Positions 27,001 to 37,504 of a DNA stretch of 64,000 bases are shown piece after piece; the stretch's first letter is position 1; every line of letters begins with the position of its first letter. This stretch comes from Antedon mediterranea (lineage: Eukaryota > Animalia > Echinodermata). Both the position numbers and the translations under genes were made by a program. Location of the stretch: NCBI RefSeq assembly GCF_964355755.1, contig NC_092671.1, forward strand, positions 17,422,001 to 17,486,000, written 5' to 3'. The notes beneath the pieces are model-generated. The model was not told where the DNA came from. It did not search any database and saw only the letters and a program-made list of their open reading frames with translations.

Positions 27001-27787
27001 CTAGTAGAAAAATGACAAAAGAAAATCCACTAAGGCCTAATAATAGTAGAATATACTATGGATTACATCATGGAGCTATTGTTGTACATGATTTACACAG
27101 TAGAGTGTCTGCCATCTAAAATAAATGGATGAATAAATTGAACATAAAGCATTTAACTTTAAGGATTTTGTCATTTCACACAAAAGCTATTACAATATAG
27201 GCTACTACTGTAAATACAGTTATATAAGTATAAGTATATAAATTAAATCGTAAAGCAAAAGCAACATAAAACTATTGATTTAACTTTATTCTGTTTTGTA
27301 AGTATATGATGAATTTACAGTTGAAATAAGGCATCAATATTATTGAATGAATGAAGTCTTAGTACAGTACACAATGAACAATATAAACAGACCGTAAATT
27401 ATTCAACAAGCACTTCAAAACAACAAGTGAATTCTGACTGTTAAAAATACACTGCTGCATCAAACTTTTTTACCATGTGTTAATTAAATGGAATGAGATA
27501 ATAAACTTATTTAGTGGAACTACTGTAGACTAAAAAATAAGCTGTTGATTATATGCGACAATGAATAGGGGCTGCACCAAAAATAGGGACCCACCATCAG
27601 AACTATGTTAAATTAAAACAATATAAAACATAAACATGTGCTCATTTAATAATAATTTTTGACAATAATTACCAAAGCTCAGAGTGTTAGGCAGGTGTTA
27701 GGGATCTCCCACCCACAATTTTTCAATAAAACTAATGTTAAAATATATAAAATATGTCAATTAATTTAAATAAAATGTCACACTCAC

Positions 27788-28005
27788 CTGTATGAAGTTT
27801 GCTTTTTTATAGTAAAATGTGAAAATCTGTCCATTGCCATGTTATCTTTTTGAGGATCCCTCTCCACAAAAACCTCTGATAATTCAACATTTTCATCGAA
27901 TTCTGAACCGGATTGTTCCGAAATAGATTCACAAATTCCAACAATAGTATCAATACAATCAGAGGGTTCAGAAATCTTGGGTACAATAGCACAGGCTGCT
28001 TCCAT
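27788..28005 (-). CDS. Most distal first coding exon of an unidentified - strand gene (MEAACAIVPK...DRFSHFTIKKQTSY, phase 2)
   Basis: 72 open codons from GTTATGG, in-frame TAG upstream, strong CAG|GTGAGT donor at 27787; head-to-head with GMPPA. Confidence 0.7.
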
Positions 28006-28844
28006 AACGAATTGTTTATTGGGCCCTAGTGAAGGAAAATGTACAGGCTATACTACTGTCTTCAATCATCAAGTTAATCCAAAGGCTAGATACTTCTTAT
28101 CCCTCGGTGCCAAAAGGGTTGGTTCAATTTTCACACTGGAACAACTAATCCTCTATAATTATCCAACTAGCAGACGATTACCGTGCATATATTACTTTCA
28201 AATTAAGAAATCATTTCAATATCTTATATTATCATTTCGTTCAAATTATTGAAGAGTAACTTACTTAATAGTGTACTGATTCTTCTTTCTAAGCAACCGA
28301 TGTCAAGTTAGCATGCTATGTTTATCGTCTGGTTTCTAAACAGAGGGCGGCAGACCATTAAAAAAATTTCTCACAAAGATAATCCCCAGGTTTTTCCTGT
28401 TGAATTTATAGTGTAGCTTTAATCTATACGTCGAAACTAAAATTTTTCAAAAGTAGAATAAATGATTTACAATAATGATTTCACGAAAACACGTTTGTAT
28501 GATGTGTAACAAATAAATAGGCCACATCCTTATTACAAAAAAAATGTTAATAAAAATATGAGTGTCACATAATAATCAGATAGGCCTAATAATTTTCTAC
28601 ATTTTTCAAATTGAACAAAAATAATTTTAAGGACAAACTGAATCACATTTCAGTAGGCCTATGCGCCAAATAAGTAAGTAATGTAATCTATAATGTTTAT
28701 TATTAACTAGTTTTATATATTTATATATTATATTTGTTGTTACATTATGTTTTAAGCTGCTTTCACATCGCACCTATTCGGTTCTGTGGCCTGAGAAAAA
28801 TATCATGGAAAATGGGTTTAGTGGTAAAGTATGGGATCGTTCAT

Positions 28845-29080
28845 TTCATTTAATTTCATTTAATTTATTTTGTCTCCATAAAAATACAATATAAAAAAAC
28901 GTGGACAAACTACAAGAGACAGGATTCCTAACAAGCGAACCTAATCACTATACTAAGTCTCCTATTGCACTGATTGTATAAAAAAACACTTAGAATAAAA
29001 TTTGAATAAACATTAAAAATGCACATAAATACTATATCAAAGTAAATTAAAATATATTGCAATATCATTAAACACCAAAA
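28845..29080 (-). mobile_element. Dispersed repeat, probable LINE 3' UTR remnant
   Basis: Similar to 55770-55975 (TTTGTCTCCATA..CGTGGACAAA..CAGGATTCCTAA..AGTCTCCTA); bounded by a short TTCAT-like repeat. Confidence 0.55.
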
Positions 29081-29696
29081 CCGTACGATTTGAATCCGTA
29101 CCTTATTCAGACTCCGAATTCTGAGCGATGGATCAAGAAGCCGTTTTTGTCTCCTGAAATTGTACGGTATAAATCTATTGAACTAAAATATTTATGTCAA
29201 ATTATATTATGTTTATAAAAATGTACGATGCATGATGTATAAGTTCATCAAATGTTATGTTTTATTAACTTTGTATATACATTTTGATATTCTTGTATAT
29301 TTATTTGATCATTACAAATTTTCAGTCAATAGGCTACTAGTACTAGACACGCAATCTATTTTAGAATTTTGTTACAATACATTTTAGAAGGATGGAAGTT
29401 TAAGCTCCGAAACTTTTTGGGCTGGGAATACTGGAAAATCTTCTTTCAATATTTTTTCTGTAATATTAGCTTTTGTAACTTTACTATATATTTTTTAAAA
29501 CTTCAAATACTTTTTCGGAGTTTTTATTAATGTGTCAAACTTTCACACTTGAACGATCCTCGTTTGAACCTTGACACGTTGTTGCAAAACATTAAAAAAA
29601 CAAAACAAACGTCCAACAACTCCACGTCGGCAATATTGTGCAACAAATTTGTTCTTTTTACGTCCGATCTAGGTAGCATACAGTTTAATTTCAAAC

Positions 29697-29736
29697 ATGT
29701 TGAAAGCCGTAATACTTATAGGAGGACCCCAGAAAG
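29697..29736 (+). CDS. GMPPA: GMPPA coding exon 1 (MLKAVILIGGPQK)
   Basis: GMPPA-type N-terminus (GMPPB has MKALILVGGYG); AAG|GTAATG donor. Confidence 0.97.
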
Positions 29737-30192
29737 GTAATGCATATATTTTATATACTAATAATTACTTTACATACAAGTCAGAATATAGGTAGGCCTA
29801 GCCGCTAGGTAGAACTCGAGGCCTAACTCGGCTCGCCCAGTCTTAATAAGCCGGTCGAGATCATAGATGTGAGCTGAGCAAAGTTGTACCAGGAAAATTG
29901 TATGTACCACTAATTTACACCACATGTTATTTGTATCCGAAGGGCCAATGTTTTAAAATTACATTTGCTAGAAAATGTTTAATTGTTGATTCCCTAGTAG
30001 TATTGCATGTCCATGAATGAAGTCTATCGTCCATGCAGTTCTGATATAATTATGCCCATGAATTCCTTAATTATTTGTTTATTTTTATGTTTCTAACACA
30101 AAAAATCATGTAGCAAATCACATTTTTTCCAATTTGTATTTTAAATACATATTTTGAAAATGTAATAAATAATTTATAACATTTCTTTTCAG

Positions 30193-30290
30193 GAACTCGT
30201 TTTCGACCTCTGTCACTTGAGTTGCCGAAACCTCTGTTTCCAGTAGCTGGCTTTCCCATCATATATCACCACATAGAAGCATGTTGTATG
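30193..30290 (+). CDS. GMPPA: GMPPA exon 2 ([33 protein letters not shown])
   Basis: Nucleotidyltransferase GTR..P..PKPL motif; AG/GT boundaries; frame consistent. Confidence 0.97.
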
Positions 30291-30402
30291 GTAAGAAGAG
30301 ATTCCCCCATGAATCAATTTTATCTTTTATCTTGTCCCAAAGTATAGTAAATACCACTTGTCATTGTATGATTTCTACACAGAAATCTTGTCATTTTTTC
30401 AG

Positions 30403-30506
30403 GTATCTGAAGTCAAAGAAATCCTGTTAATTGGATTCTATCAGCCAAGTGAAGCTCTTAATCGTTTCATCCAAACAACGCAACAAAAGTTTAAGATTAA
30501 CATTAG
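30403..30506 (+). CDS. GMPPA: GMPPA exon 3 (VSEVKEILLIGFYQPSEALNRFIQTTQQKFKINI)
   Basis: EILLIGFYQP motif; canonical splice sites. Confidence 0.96.
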
Positions 30507-31043
30507 GTACATTTCATTTTGCTTTTGATACTCTTATAATATTGGTGTTTTATGAGTTTAAAATGGTAAGTAAAAATCATTGTGGTTTGCAAATATATTA
30601 TGTACTCCTATATAAGGGTCATGATTGTAATCATTTTGAGACATGTTTGTTTTATTGGTCTATAAGTCTATGTTGTGCCTAGCTTACCTGGATAAACCAA
30701 CAGCAGCCCTTGATCTCTGAGGGAGAGTAATGATACAGTCTGAAAATAGTAATGATACACTCTGGTACATTTTGATTCTTAGATGTATTAAGTATGGTTT
30801 TTAAAACACAAGCACAGAAGTATGTATAACGATTTTTGTAGCACATAATGCAGCATCACGAATGGTAATGAAGTTTTGCATTCATACATGACCATGTGAG
30901 TGCCTGATTGCCGGATTAATTATTATAAAGGGATGTTGGTTTATCCATTTAAGCAGCATTAACCGACTGCCAAAACCACGGTCATTTTATTTGACCTCCC
31001 TCATTTTATTTCAATTCCCAATTGTAAATATGTTTTTTCCCAG

Positions 31044-31236
31044 ATACCTACAAGAATACACATCCCTAGGAACAGCAGGAGGCCTATATCATTTCAGAGA
31101 CCAGATACTGAGTGGTAACCCAGAGGGATTCTTTGTTTTCAATGGAGATGTTTGTTGTGATTTCCCTCTCAATGATATGTATACCTTTCATAAGAATCTT
31201 CCAAACGGTACAAAGTATACAATATTAGCAACTGAG
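31044..31236 (+). CDS. GMPPA: GMPPA exon 4 ([22 protein letters not shown]...[11 protein letters not shown]...ILATE)
   Basis: [15 protein letters not shown] and N.DVC.DFPL motifs; canonical splice sites. Confidence 0.97.
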
Positions 31237-31255
31237 GTTAGTTTTCGATTTGTGT

Positions 31256-31510
31256 ATTTGCATATTCACTCCTGAGCATTTGCCTATTCATTCATGGACA
31301 TTTGCATGTTCATTCCTAAGCATTTGCATATTCATTAATGAGCATTTGCATATTCATTTATGGGTATTTGCATATTACCCCTGGGTATTTGCATATTTAT
31401 TCATGTTCATTTGCATATTCATTCATGAGCATTTGCATATGTTACCTCTGAACATTTTCATATTTACCCCTGATATATTCATTCATGGGCATTTGCATAT
31501 TCACTCCTGA
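31256..31510. repeat. Degenerate ~22-bp tandem repeat in GMPPA intron 4
   Basis: Unit like GAGCATTTGCATATTCATTCAT; nine exact ATTTGCAT. Confidence 0.9.
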
Positions 31511-31918
31511 TTTTTGTATAGTTAATACAATGCATAGGTATATTCAGTACCATGAATGCAATCAATAATGGATCTAAGAGACTCCCATTAATCAGTGACC
31601 CATTCAACAATTGTATAAACTCAATTTAACAACTTTGAATATGATATAAAACACGGATTATTATTAGGTAATGTTCAAAAGAATAAACCGATATTAAAGC
31701 TTATTTCAAGACAGTTTCGTTGTGCTAACAGCTTGACTTTGTCAGTTGCTTCGTTGCTAAGATGACAGTTGGACTTCTTTTGCAGCCACTGCATGGTCTT
31801 GCAACATAACAACTGATGAAATCTAGCTGTTAGCTACTGTTTGATAAAATTGTCTTGACATAAGTTTGAATATCATTATTCTTATATAAATATTATTATA
31901 TTCTTATTTTTTTGAAAG

Positions 31919-31978
31919 GCAACCCGAAAGCAATCTTTGAACTATGGATGTCTGGTAGAGAATCCTGAAACTCATGAG
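31919..31978 (+). CDS. GMPPA: GMPPA exon 5 (ATRKQSLNYGCLVENPETHE)
   Basis: QSLNYGC.VENP.THE motif; 60 nt, phase 0-0. Confidence 0.96.
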
Positions 31979-32049
31979 GTATATATTTTAGAAATCTGTA
32001 TATAATTTGTATGATTGATTGTGTACCATTATATTTCCTCTACAATGTA

Positions 32050-32435
32050 TATTATTATTATTGTTATTATTATTTATTTAATCCAATTCTGGCTTATGAG
32101 TAAACAAATATATACTATAGCAATGAACAAATATATAATATGGCAATGAACAAATATATAATATAGCAATGAACAAATATATACTATAGCAATGAAGAAA
32201 TATATAATATGGCAATGAACAAATATATATTATAGCAATGAACAAATATATACTATAGCAATGAACAAATATATAATATAGCAATGAACAAATATATAAT
32301 ATAGCAATGAACAAATACAATCATGCCCTAGTATTATTCGCAGAGCTCGTTTCTGGATTCTCTCAATATTACGAGACTTCTCCCCAGTAAGGTAACCATG
32401 CCACACAGGACAAGCATATTCTATCAAAGGTCTAC
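32050..32435 (-). mobile_element. LINE fragment interrupted by a ~23-bp minisatellite (32103-32315)
   Basis: Minus strand RPLIEYACPVWHGYLTGEKSRNIERIQKRALRIILG, typical of the CR1/L2-group region after the RT core; (AAT)n tail at ~32050-32080. Confidence 0.75.
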
Positions 32436-32538
32436 TCTAATCAAAAGGTATCAACTTAATCAAACTTAAACTGATTGGAGAAATTGTTTTGAAACTGGTA
32501 AGCCAATGAAATAATAGATAAACAAATTTATTTGTTAG

Positions 32539-32669
32539 GTGCTTCATTATGTGGAGAAACCTCAAACCTTTGTGAGTAGTATTATCAACGGCGGTGTGTA
32601 CCTCCTGTCACCAGAAATATTTGATAGAATTGGTAGAGTCTTTCAACTAAATCAGAATGAAATATTCAG
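32539..32669 (+). CDS. GMPPA: GMPPA exon 6 ([43 protein letters not shown])
   Basis: VLHYVEKP motif; canonical splice sites. Confidence 0.97.
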
Positions 32670-33533
32670 GTATATTAAATTGTTTTATTCATATTTTGTA
32701 ATCATGCTACATTAGAACATCCCTATTAAGGGAACACTTTCTTGTAAAATATATAACACAATGGCCAACCCCTACTAAGACGACGGGGACATTTTTGTGT
32801 ATGCTAAATGGTTGATTCAACCCCTATTAAGGGAATAATATTTCGAACCCAAACACCAAAAAAGACCAAAATATTAATTATATTCATTTAGATTTGTATT
32901 AATAGAAATATGGATCTTCATAATTAAATTTGATAATTTCTCTGGCTTGTCCAATGCATGACAGTTTTCATTGGTGATAGGCCTACTGTTCTCCACTTCG
33001 TATATACCAATATTATCAAATTTGTCTCTTATACCCTTTTCACATCTGCAAAAATTGTTACAACTTCTAACAAGTTGTAACCAGGTTTGATCTCCCAACT
33101 TATTACATGTTTTTACACAAGATTGTGAAATCTTGGGAGGAAAGAATAGTTGTGCTCTATTTGATTACTATGATTGGTCAGTTAATACCAGGGCAATAAA
33201 CGTGCGCGCAGTAAGATCTCGGAACAAAAACACAGGATTGTTGTTGTGTTTTTCTCGGGAGATTTTCAACAAATTGTCTTCACACTATGCAAACCTGGTT
33301 TCAAGTTGTTACATTTTGCAGATGTGAAAAGGGTACTATTCTTGACATTCATTTTGCCCTTGAATGTGTACTGTAAATGCAAGGGACATCTTCATCACTT
33401 TTATTTCTAGTACAAAGAGGTTTGATTTAACTCATTAGGAAGCTCATTCCACACTCAGGCTCCTTGAAACAAATTACTCCTAAGCCCATTGTCAGTCCTC
33501 CTATACTAATGTGGCTTGTTACTTTCTAAATAG

Positions 33534-33662
33534 CTGTGATAGTTTCACTCAGGCTAAAGATTGCATCCGATTTGAACAAGACATCTTTACACCACTAGCT
33601 GGCACTGGTAGTCTCTTTGTTTTCAAAACACAAGGATTTTGGAGTCAAATCAAATCTGCCGG
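33534..33662 (+). CDS. GMPPA: GMPPA exon 7 ([42 protein letters not shown])
   Basis: IR.EQD.F..LAG and WSQIKSAG motifs; phase 2-2. Confidence 0.95.
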
Positions 33663-33752
33663 GTAAGTTCCACAATTTCTGTTATAAAAATAATCTACTG
33701 ATTAAAAAGAAATTTTATTTTGTCTTACAAGGTCAATTTGTTCTGCTTACAG

Positions 33753-33897
33753 ATCAGCCATCTATGCTAATCGTCTGTACCTTGGGCTATACCATCGCAA
33801 CCACCCTGAAATCTTGGCTCTGAACGAAGATGGAAAACCCAAGATCATAGGAGATGTGTACATTCACCCTAAAGCTAATGTCGACCCTTCTGCAACT
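33753..33897 (+). CDS. GMPPA: GMPPA exon 8 ([22 protein letters not shown]...[18 protein letters not shown])
   Basis: Conserved linker and start of the left-handed beta-helix; canonical splice sites. Confidence 0.96.
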
Positions 33898-34174
33898 GTA
33901 AGATAGCCATCGTTTTAGCTAGCCTCATCATGATTGTCCCATTGGCGTATTTCAAAATTTAAAGGGTTTATAAATGGGGCAGTCATAGAGCTTGATGGTA
34001 TCTCAGTGGATTTGGTTTAACCATGCATTGCCTCAAAATTATTATTGGCCATCTTTACATTTTAACTATTAAAGGGAAATTTTCCTATATAATTGAACAG
34101 CAAGAGAAGTCTTTAGATATTTATTCAGTTAATACCTACAGTTAGTTATTAATTGAAATACTGTATATAACTAA

Positions 34175-34324
34175 AACTCTGTCTACACTATCAAACTAGT
34201 GTGATGTACCCAAATATGCTTGTGATATGCCCAAATATGGTAGTGATATGACATCATCATGTCCATATATGGGCACATCACATTTTGTTGTCATCACATA
34301 AGATTTGATAGTGTAGACAGAGCT
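34175..34324. mobile_element. Harbinger-like MITE family A, copy 4 (GMPPA intron 8)
   Basis: CTCTGTCTACACTATCAAACT...TTTGATAGTGTAGACAGAGCT. Confidence 0.85.
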
Positions 34325-34438
34325 TTAGGATTGGTGAATACAGTATTCTTTGCCATTGTCATTTATGTATACCTTTACTAGTATCTCCTAAGATCTGGTA
34401 TCCCAAACAAAGACTTTTTTTCTACTTCAATATTTCAG

Positions 34439-34531
34439 CTTGGACCAAATGTAACAGTTGGTGAAAATGTAACAATAGGAGCAGGTGTGAGAGTAAGAGA
34501 GTCTATCCTTCTACCAGGTGCAACATTACAG
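34439..34531 (+). CDS. GMPPA: GMPPA exon 9 ([31 protein letters not shown])
   Basis: Hexapeptide repeats; 93 nt, phase 0-0. Confidence 0.97.
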
Positions 34532-34576
34532 GTGTGTTCAATATTTCAAAATGTGAAGTCATTGTCCTACGTATAA

Positions 34577-34714
34577 AGCTATGTTTACACTATCAAACTT
34601 TCTGTGACAACAAAATGTGATGCGCCCATATATGGACATGGTAATGTCATATCACCACCATATTTGGGCACATCACATTTTGTGTTTAAGTAGTTTTATA
34701 GTGTAGACAGAGCT
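34577..34714. mobile_element. Harbinger-like MITE family A, copy 5 (GMPPA intron 9)
   Basis: Same TIRs; opposite internal orientation to copy 4. Confidence 0.85.
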
Positions 34715-35020
34715 TTAGATACTGTTGGATCCATGATTTAAGAATGCTTAGCGTACCTGGATAAATTTCAGTAGCCTTTGCTCTCCTGAGGGAGAACTAT
34801 GTTATGAAAATATGCTGTATAAGTTCCTTGTTGCGTACCCCTCTACAATAATGGACTAATCTGTCAACCACACACCAATTTACCACCATTATCATTTTGC
34901 TTGACTGCAGGGGAAGCTGGAGGGGTTTTTTTGTATCCAGTTAAGTGCCACTCATAGACTACCAACAACACTGTTGGTATGTGTATTTTAACCTAATGTT
35001 AATAATTTTTTCATATTTAG

Positions 35021-35192
35021 GATCATTGCTGCATCTTGAACAGTATTGTTGGTTGGAACAGTTTGGTTGGTGCCTGGTCAAGGGTCGAAGGCACGCCCTC
35101 TGACCCTAATCCGAATGACAAACACGCAAAAATAGATAGTGATGCTTTATTCAACTCTGATGGGCGACTCAATCCATCTATCACTATCTTAG
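35021..35192 (+). CDS. GMPPA: GMPPA exon 10 ([33 protein letters not shown]...[10 protein letters not shown])
   Basis: Contains the GMPPA-specific EGTP.DPNPND loop absent from GMPPB; phase-1 donor G|GTAATG. Confidence 0.97.
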
Positions 35193-35355
35193 GTAATGTT
35201 TCATTCCATTCTCAAACATAATGCTTTTTCATAATTTATATAATTTATCATAACCCAAATTTGCACTGTATACCATTTATCAGCACTTCCTTTAAAACAG
35301 GCTTATAAAATCTCAATCTTACATGTTCATATATTTTGCATGACCTTTGAATGTT

Positions 35356-35458
35356 AGCTCTGTCTCTGTCTTGTTTGACAACAAAAGTGTGATGTGTGCA
35401 AATATGACATCATTGTGGCACATCACATTTTCTTGTCACATAAACTGTAGACATAGTT
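35356..35458. mobile_element. Harbinger-like MITE family A, degenerate copy 6 (GMPPA intron 10)
   Basis: AGCTCTGTCT..GTGTGATGTG..GGCACATCACATTTT..GTCACATAAA. Confidence 0.7.
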
Positions 35459-35776
35459 TTGGACTAGTGTACTCTATTGTTTAAAACCAGAACTGTGGAA
35501 GAGTTGTGGGTTTTCCTAGTCTTGACCTTGTCTGTAGAAACCAAGGGTATTACCGAGCCATCAGTTTTTACGACTTGCATCTGTTGAGTCTAATTAATAA
35601 TAGTCATTTCATCTATAGTCATTTCATATGTTTCTAAGAATGTGCAGAATGACTTTTCGACTCAACAGATGCATACATGTAGTCAAATGGTGCGTCAAAA
35701 TTAAAAAGTCTCTATAATTACTTAATGCATCGATCATTTTTCTTCTTTTTACCATTATAGTATCATCTTTTTGCAG

Positions 35777-35877
35777 GTCAAAATGTTACCATTCCATCTG
35801 AGGTTGTCATTCTCAACTCCATTGTTCTGCCACATAAAGACCTCACATATAGTGTCAAGAACCAGATACTCCTATAG
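35777..35877 (+). CDS. GMPPA: GMPPA terminal exon 11a (GQNVTIPSEVVILNSIVLPHKDLTYSVKNQILL*)
   Basis: TTTTTGCAG acceptor, phase 1, 101 nt, TAG stop; LNSIVLPHK motif; AATAAA at 36206 and 36272. Confidence 0.96.
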
Positions 35878-37264
35878 GCTTTACTATTCTTGTAAGCAAA
35901 GTACATCATTTGTAGATAAAAGATACCATATATGCATAAGCATCCGAAGTGTTGAAAAAATAATATTGTTATTTATTCTTTTTTTACATTTTCTTCTTTA
36001 TATTCATTCACAAAAATACCTTACATGTATGCATAATAATTCCAAAAAGTATATTTTTATATATTTTGTCACCATTATCTTCTTAATTTTCATTTACAAA
36101 AATACCCTATCATTTATTTTTTATATTTAGATACAGATTTACATTTTTTAATATGTTACTCAACAGTGCATTTACTAATAAGTAAATATTTATTTAAAAA
36201 ATATAAATAAATATAGCATGTTCACACACTCAATGCACACAAATTATGCAAAATATAAATTAAAAACATGTAATAAAAAATAAAATGTTTGTATACTGAT
36301 AATATTTGAATAGTTTCATGAAGCAATAATTTTATTATTGATATTAAAATATTGACAAAGTTGACAATAATGTTTATAATGTGCTTTATACAGTGATAAC
36401 CTCTCAAACTGCAGTTAACTAGATTGGGAGTGTGATCTCAAGCCCATAGCCATAGTTCATAAGGTTCGAAAGAACCCCTTTTCCCTGAAGGGAAAACCCA
36501 TTTCAAACTAGAGACTAGTAGCAAAAGTGCTAGTAAATAGGCCTAACTTTTTTGTCCAATCCTATAGCTAGCCAGCAGACAAATTACTTTTCATTTACTA
36601 GACTAGGCCTAAATTTGTTTTTTGTTCAGTTGCTTGCATTTTCCCCTTTTTGTGGAAGAAAGAACCCCTGTAAAAATCCTCCCTACGGGCCTCAATCTAA
36701 TGTAATTTCTCACAAAGAATTACAAATAAAGATTAAAGATTAGATTATCACTATATAGTATATTTTATTCAAAAATAATTTTACAAAAATACATGTAAAA
36801 TAAAAAATCACTGATTCACAGCATTAATTGCACTTTATGTTACAAAAGATAAATTTGTGTGATTTTGTAGAGATAATAGAAAGAATGCTGCGAACAAATT
36901 GCCTGCACATGTAATTAATTTCTCACACAGAATTACAAAATAAAATGACGTTGATTTTAAAAGATTATGATAATGTGATGAACATGATAATTCCAATCCT
37001 TGATATCTTGTATTATTATTCAGTAAATGCTTATTTATTGATTGAAGGAAGTACTTGTCTAAAAATACAGTATGCTTCCTTCTTCTCCATTGTTTACAAT
37101 GTACAAATTTGAACTTGTAGTTGTTTGAATGTGTCTCGCTCTGTTGTTGATATTCAATAGTAGTTTCTAGGTCCATGCGTAGGTCGTTGGTCGTCGCAAA
37201 ACGAAAGCTCCATATTGCATTTCAAAACAATATTTTAAAATAAATCTTTTTCAATATTTTTCAG

Positions 37265-37365
37265 GACAACATGTAATTGTACCGGATGAGACTATCGTTC
37301 TCAATTCTATTATCATGCCTCATAAGGAACTTGGACTGTCCTACAAGAACGAAATTTTACTGTGA
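37265..37365 (+). CDS. GMPPA: GMPPA alternative terminal exon 11b (GQHVIVPDETIVLNSIIMPHKELGLSYKNEILL*)
   Basis: ATTTTTCAG acceptor, same phase and length as 11a, TGA stop, 19/33 aa identical with no indels; AATAAA at 37374. Confidence 0.9.
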
Positions 37366-37420
37366 AATGTCCTAATAAAATATTGTTATGTTGTTTGAAG
37401 GTTTGCATGGCGAAATTAAA

Positions 37421-37504
37421 TGTTGATAGAAGTTTGTGGTACACCACGTATGTTAGTTCTGAAAGGAACTAACATACATGGTGTACCACAAACTTATATC
37501 TACA
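37421..37504. repeat. Hairpin just downstream of exon 11b
   Basis: 37430-37459 pairs with 37466-37495 (1 mismatch), 6-nt loop. Confidence 0.93.

Noticed and set aside
37265-37365. Exon 11b as a pseudo-exon or a remnant of a second GMPPA gene
   Set aside because: No other duplicated GMPPA exon is nearby, and heavy synonymous divergence without indels or stops argues against neutral decay.
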